From an uncultured Mycoplasmatota bacterium (GTDB taxonomy: Bacteria; Bacillota_I; Bacilli_A; RF39; UBA660), in assembly GCA_947302655.1 (NCBI GenBank), contig CAMYVW010000001.1:340263-404262 (forward strand): a DNA stretch of 64,000 nt. The letters are read 5' to 3'. The translations under genes and the position numbers were made by a program. The notes under the pieces were generated by a model. That model was not told where the DNA came from and did no database searches. It saw only the letters and a program-made list of their open reading frames with translations. Below, piece after piece: positions 62,377 through 64,000 of the stretch; the stretch's first letter is position 1, and every line of letters begins with the position of its first letter.

Positions 62377-63144
62377 CTATTTTTCTTTGTAATGTTTTAA
62401 ATCTTTTGGAACATATTTATAATTGAATTTATTTTTAGAATTTAGTTTTACTAGTTCCATGCCATTACTATCATATAAATAATCATATCCAATAGGTTGA
62501 ACTTCTAAGTTCGGATCAAGTTCAATATATAAATTAGCTCTTTTAACTCTATCTTTATATTTAATCATTTTTAAATGATACAAATTATAATCGGTTAACA
62601 ACATATTGTTCTCAATTTCTTTATAATGCCAGTAAACATGTCTTTTGAATTTGTATGTTGAAAAATCCATATCTTTTTGAATAGGAAACAAAATATATTT
62701 AGTTTTATTATTCCATATACCATCACTACGGTAATGTTTTATATCATTATGCATTTCTCTAAAATGAAGTCCATAAAGAGTTTTATTTATAGAACCATCA
62801 ATACACAATTGTCTCATATTTTTAAGGAACTTAGTTTCAAATCTTTCATCTGGATCACAGCAAAGCACCCAAACGTTATCAGAATCTTTGGTTAGTTTAT
62901 AAGTTTCGTTTAGAATCTTTTTTCTATTTCCAGCTTCATCATAATCTATGGTATCTACCACTTTATTTTTAATAATTTTTAGAACTTTATCATCATTTTC
63001 TAATATTTTAATTGTATTATCTGTTGAACCATCATCTAAAAAAACAAATCCATCTACATATTTTCTTAAATGCTTAAGAAATGTTGGCAAATAGTATTCT
63101 TCATTTTTAACAACTGATACAGCTATTATTTTCATCTTTATCAC
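62377..63144 (-). CDS. Glycosyltransferase family 2-like protein
   Basis: VVKNEE, LDDGSTD, WVLCCDPDE; on the opposite strand inside the glycan locus. Confidence 0.82.
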   Translation of the reverse strand: MIKMKIIAVSVVKNEEYYLPTFLKHLRKYVDGFVFLDDGSTDNTIKILENDDKVLKIIKNKVVDTIDYDEAGNRKKILNETYKLTKDSDNVWVLCCDPDERFETKFLKNMRQLCIDGSINKTLYGLHFREMHNDIKHYRSDGIWNNKTKYILFPIQKDMDFSTYKFKRHVYWHYKEIENNMLLTDYNLYHLKMIKYKDRVKRANLYIELDPNLEVQPIGYDYLYDSNGMELVKLNSKNKFNYKYVPKDLKHYKEK

Positions 63145-63250
63145 ATCCTAATTAAATTATAATATATATTTTATTAAATCACTATAATAAATCTATAAAA
63201 ATGAAGCAATTTATTGTATAATTATTTTGAGATTATTTTAAGGAGATTAT

Positions 63251-64000
63251 ATGAATATATTAGTAATTTCAGAAAACTTTAATATAGGTGGACTAGAAAC
63301 TCATATAAATACATATTATAAAGGGTTAAGAAATAAAGTTAACTTCATTTTTGCATTTCCAAAATATAAAGAAAATGGATATTTAGAAAATGCTAAAATA
63401 TATACAGGTTTTAATTTTGGATATAACTCATCAATTAAAGAATTTTGCAGTGATGTTCATAAACTTGTTGATATCATAAAGGAAGAAAAAATTGATGTTG
63501 TTCATGTACATCCTTTTTATTCAGTTTATCCAGCAATTTTTGCTGCAAATTTAACTAACACTAAATTAGTGTATACGTATCATGGTTATGGATCAATAAG
63601 TTTTCCTGCCGGAATAAATGATATGCTTTTATTTATGTTTGCATTAGAATCAAGGTTTAATAAAGTATTCTGCGTATCTTCTAATGTAATTGAATATTTT
63701 GATTCAATACATAATCATAATGCAATGTTTTTACCTAATTTTATATACGAAGATGATTTTCAAGTACATAAGGTCAGTAAAAACAAAAAATGGGCTATTA
63801 TTTCAAGGATTGATTCAGACAAATATCCATCTATAATCAAATTTTTAGATATAGTTAATAATCTAGATATAGATATGATTGATATTTATGGCTCTGGAAA
63901 CATGGAAGATGAATTAAAAAAATATATATCTAAACATAAATTAACAAAAAAAGTTTTCTTAAAGGGATTTATAAATAATTTAAATAAAAGTTTAGATGAT
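63251..64000 (+). CDS. Glycosyltransferase family 4, 3'-truncated by the window edge; missing from the ORF track
   Basis: SD AAGGAG; MNILVISENFNIGGLETHI, KIDVVHVH, VYTYHG; frame runs off the end. Confidence 0.85.
   Translation, partial: MNILVISENFNIGGLETHINTYYKGLRNKVNFIFAFPKYKENGYLENAKIYTGFNFGYNSSIKEFCSDVHKLVDIIKEEKIDVVHVHPFYSVYPAIFAANLTNTKLVYTYHGYGSISFPAGINDMLLFMFALESRFNKVFCVSSNVIEYFDSIHNHNAMFLPNFIYEDDFQVHKVSKNKKWAIISRIDSDKYPSIIKFLDIVNNLDIDMIDIYGSGNMEDELKKYISKHKLTKKVFLKGFINNLNKSLDD

Overview
Low-GC (about 25-28% by eye, not computed) chromosomal segment of a reduced-genome Bacillota bacterium. Gene content and style suggest uncultured Bacilli of the RF39 type; this is an inference. The genetic code is standard 11 (hrcA ends in TGA). 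The backbone is housekeeping and keeps much of the Bacillus-like order: lepA-hemW; Val T-box-dut-valS; CIRCE-hrcA-grpE-dnaK-pepF-dnaJ; mtaB; recD2; AI-2E transporter; Ala T-box-kinase-alaS-ireB-ruvX-DUF1292-mltG-trmR-trhP1/2-greA; tig; mutS; nusB-xseAB; proS; galE; spoIVB-like; and the start of a Wzm/Wzt surface-glycan locus. Between these sit large membrane-anchored surface proteins and many single orphan or toxin-like genes, most with their own promoter and terminator. No CRISPR, rRNA, tRNA, integrase or transposase was seen. Strongest leads: (1) an identical 13-bp element ACATTTGTTCGAT fused to the -35 box of three unrelated orphan genes, resembling a LexA box; (2) in-frame DNA palindromes inside the DNA-binding domains of both the dinD-like and rhuM-like genes; (3) both T-box riboswitches control a nucleotide-metabolism gene placed ahead of the synthetase; (4) an unannotated 25-aa leader ORF with alternative pairings ahead of an ABC exporter; (5) an isolated GC-rich hairpin that may be a ~43-nt small RNA.
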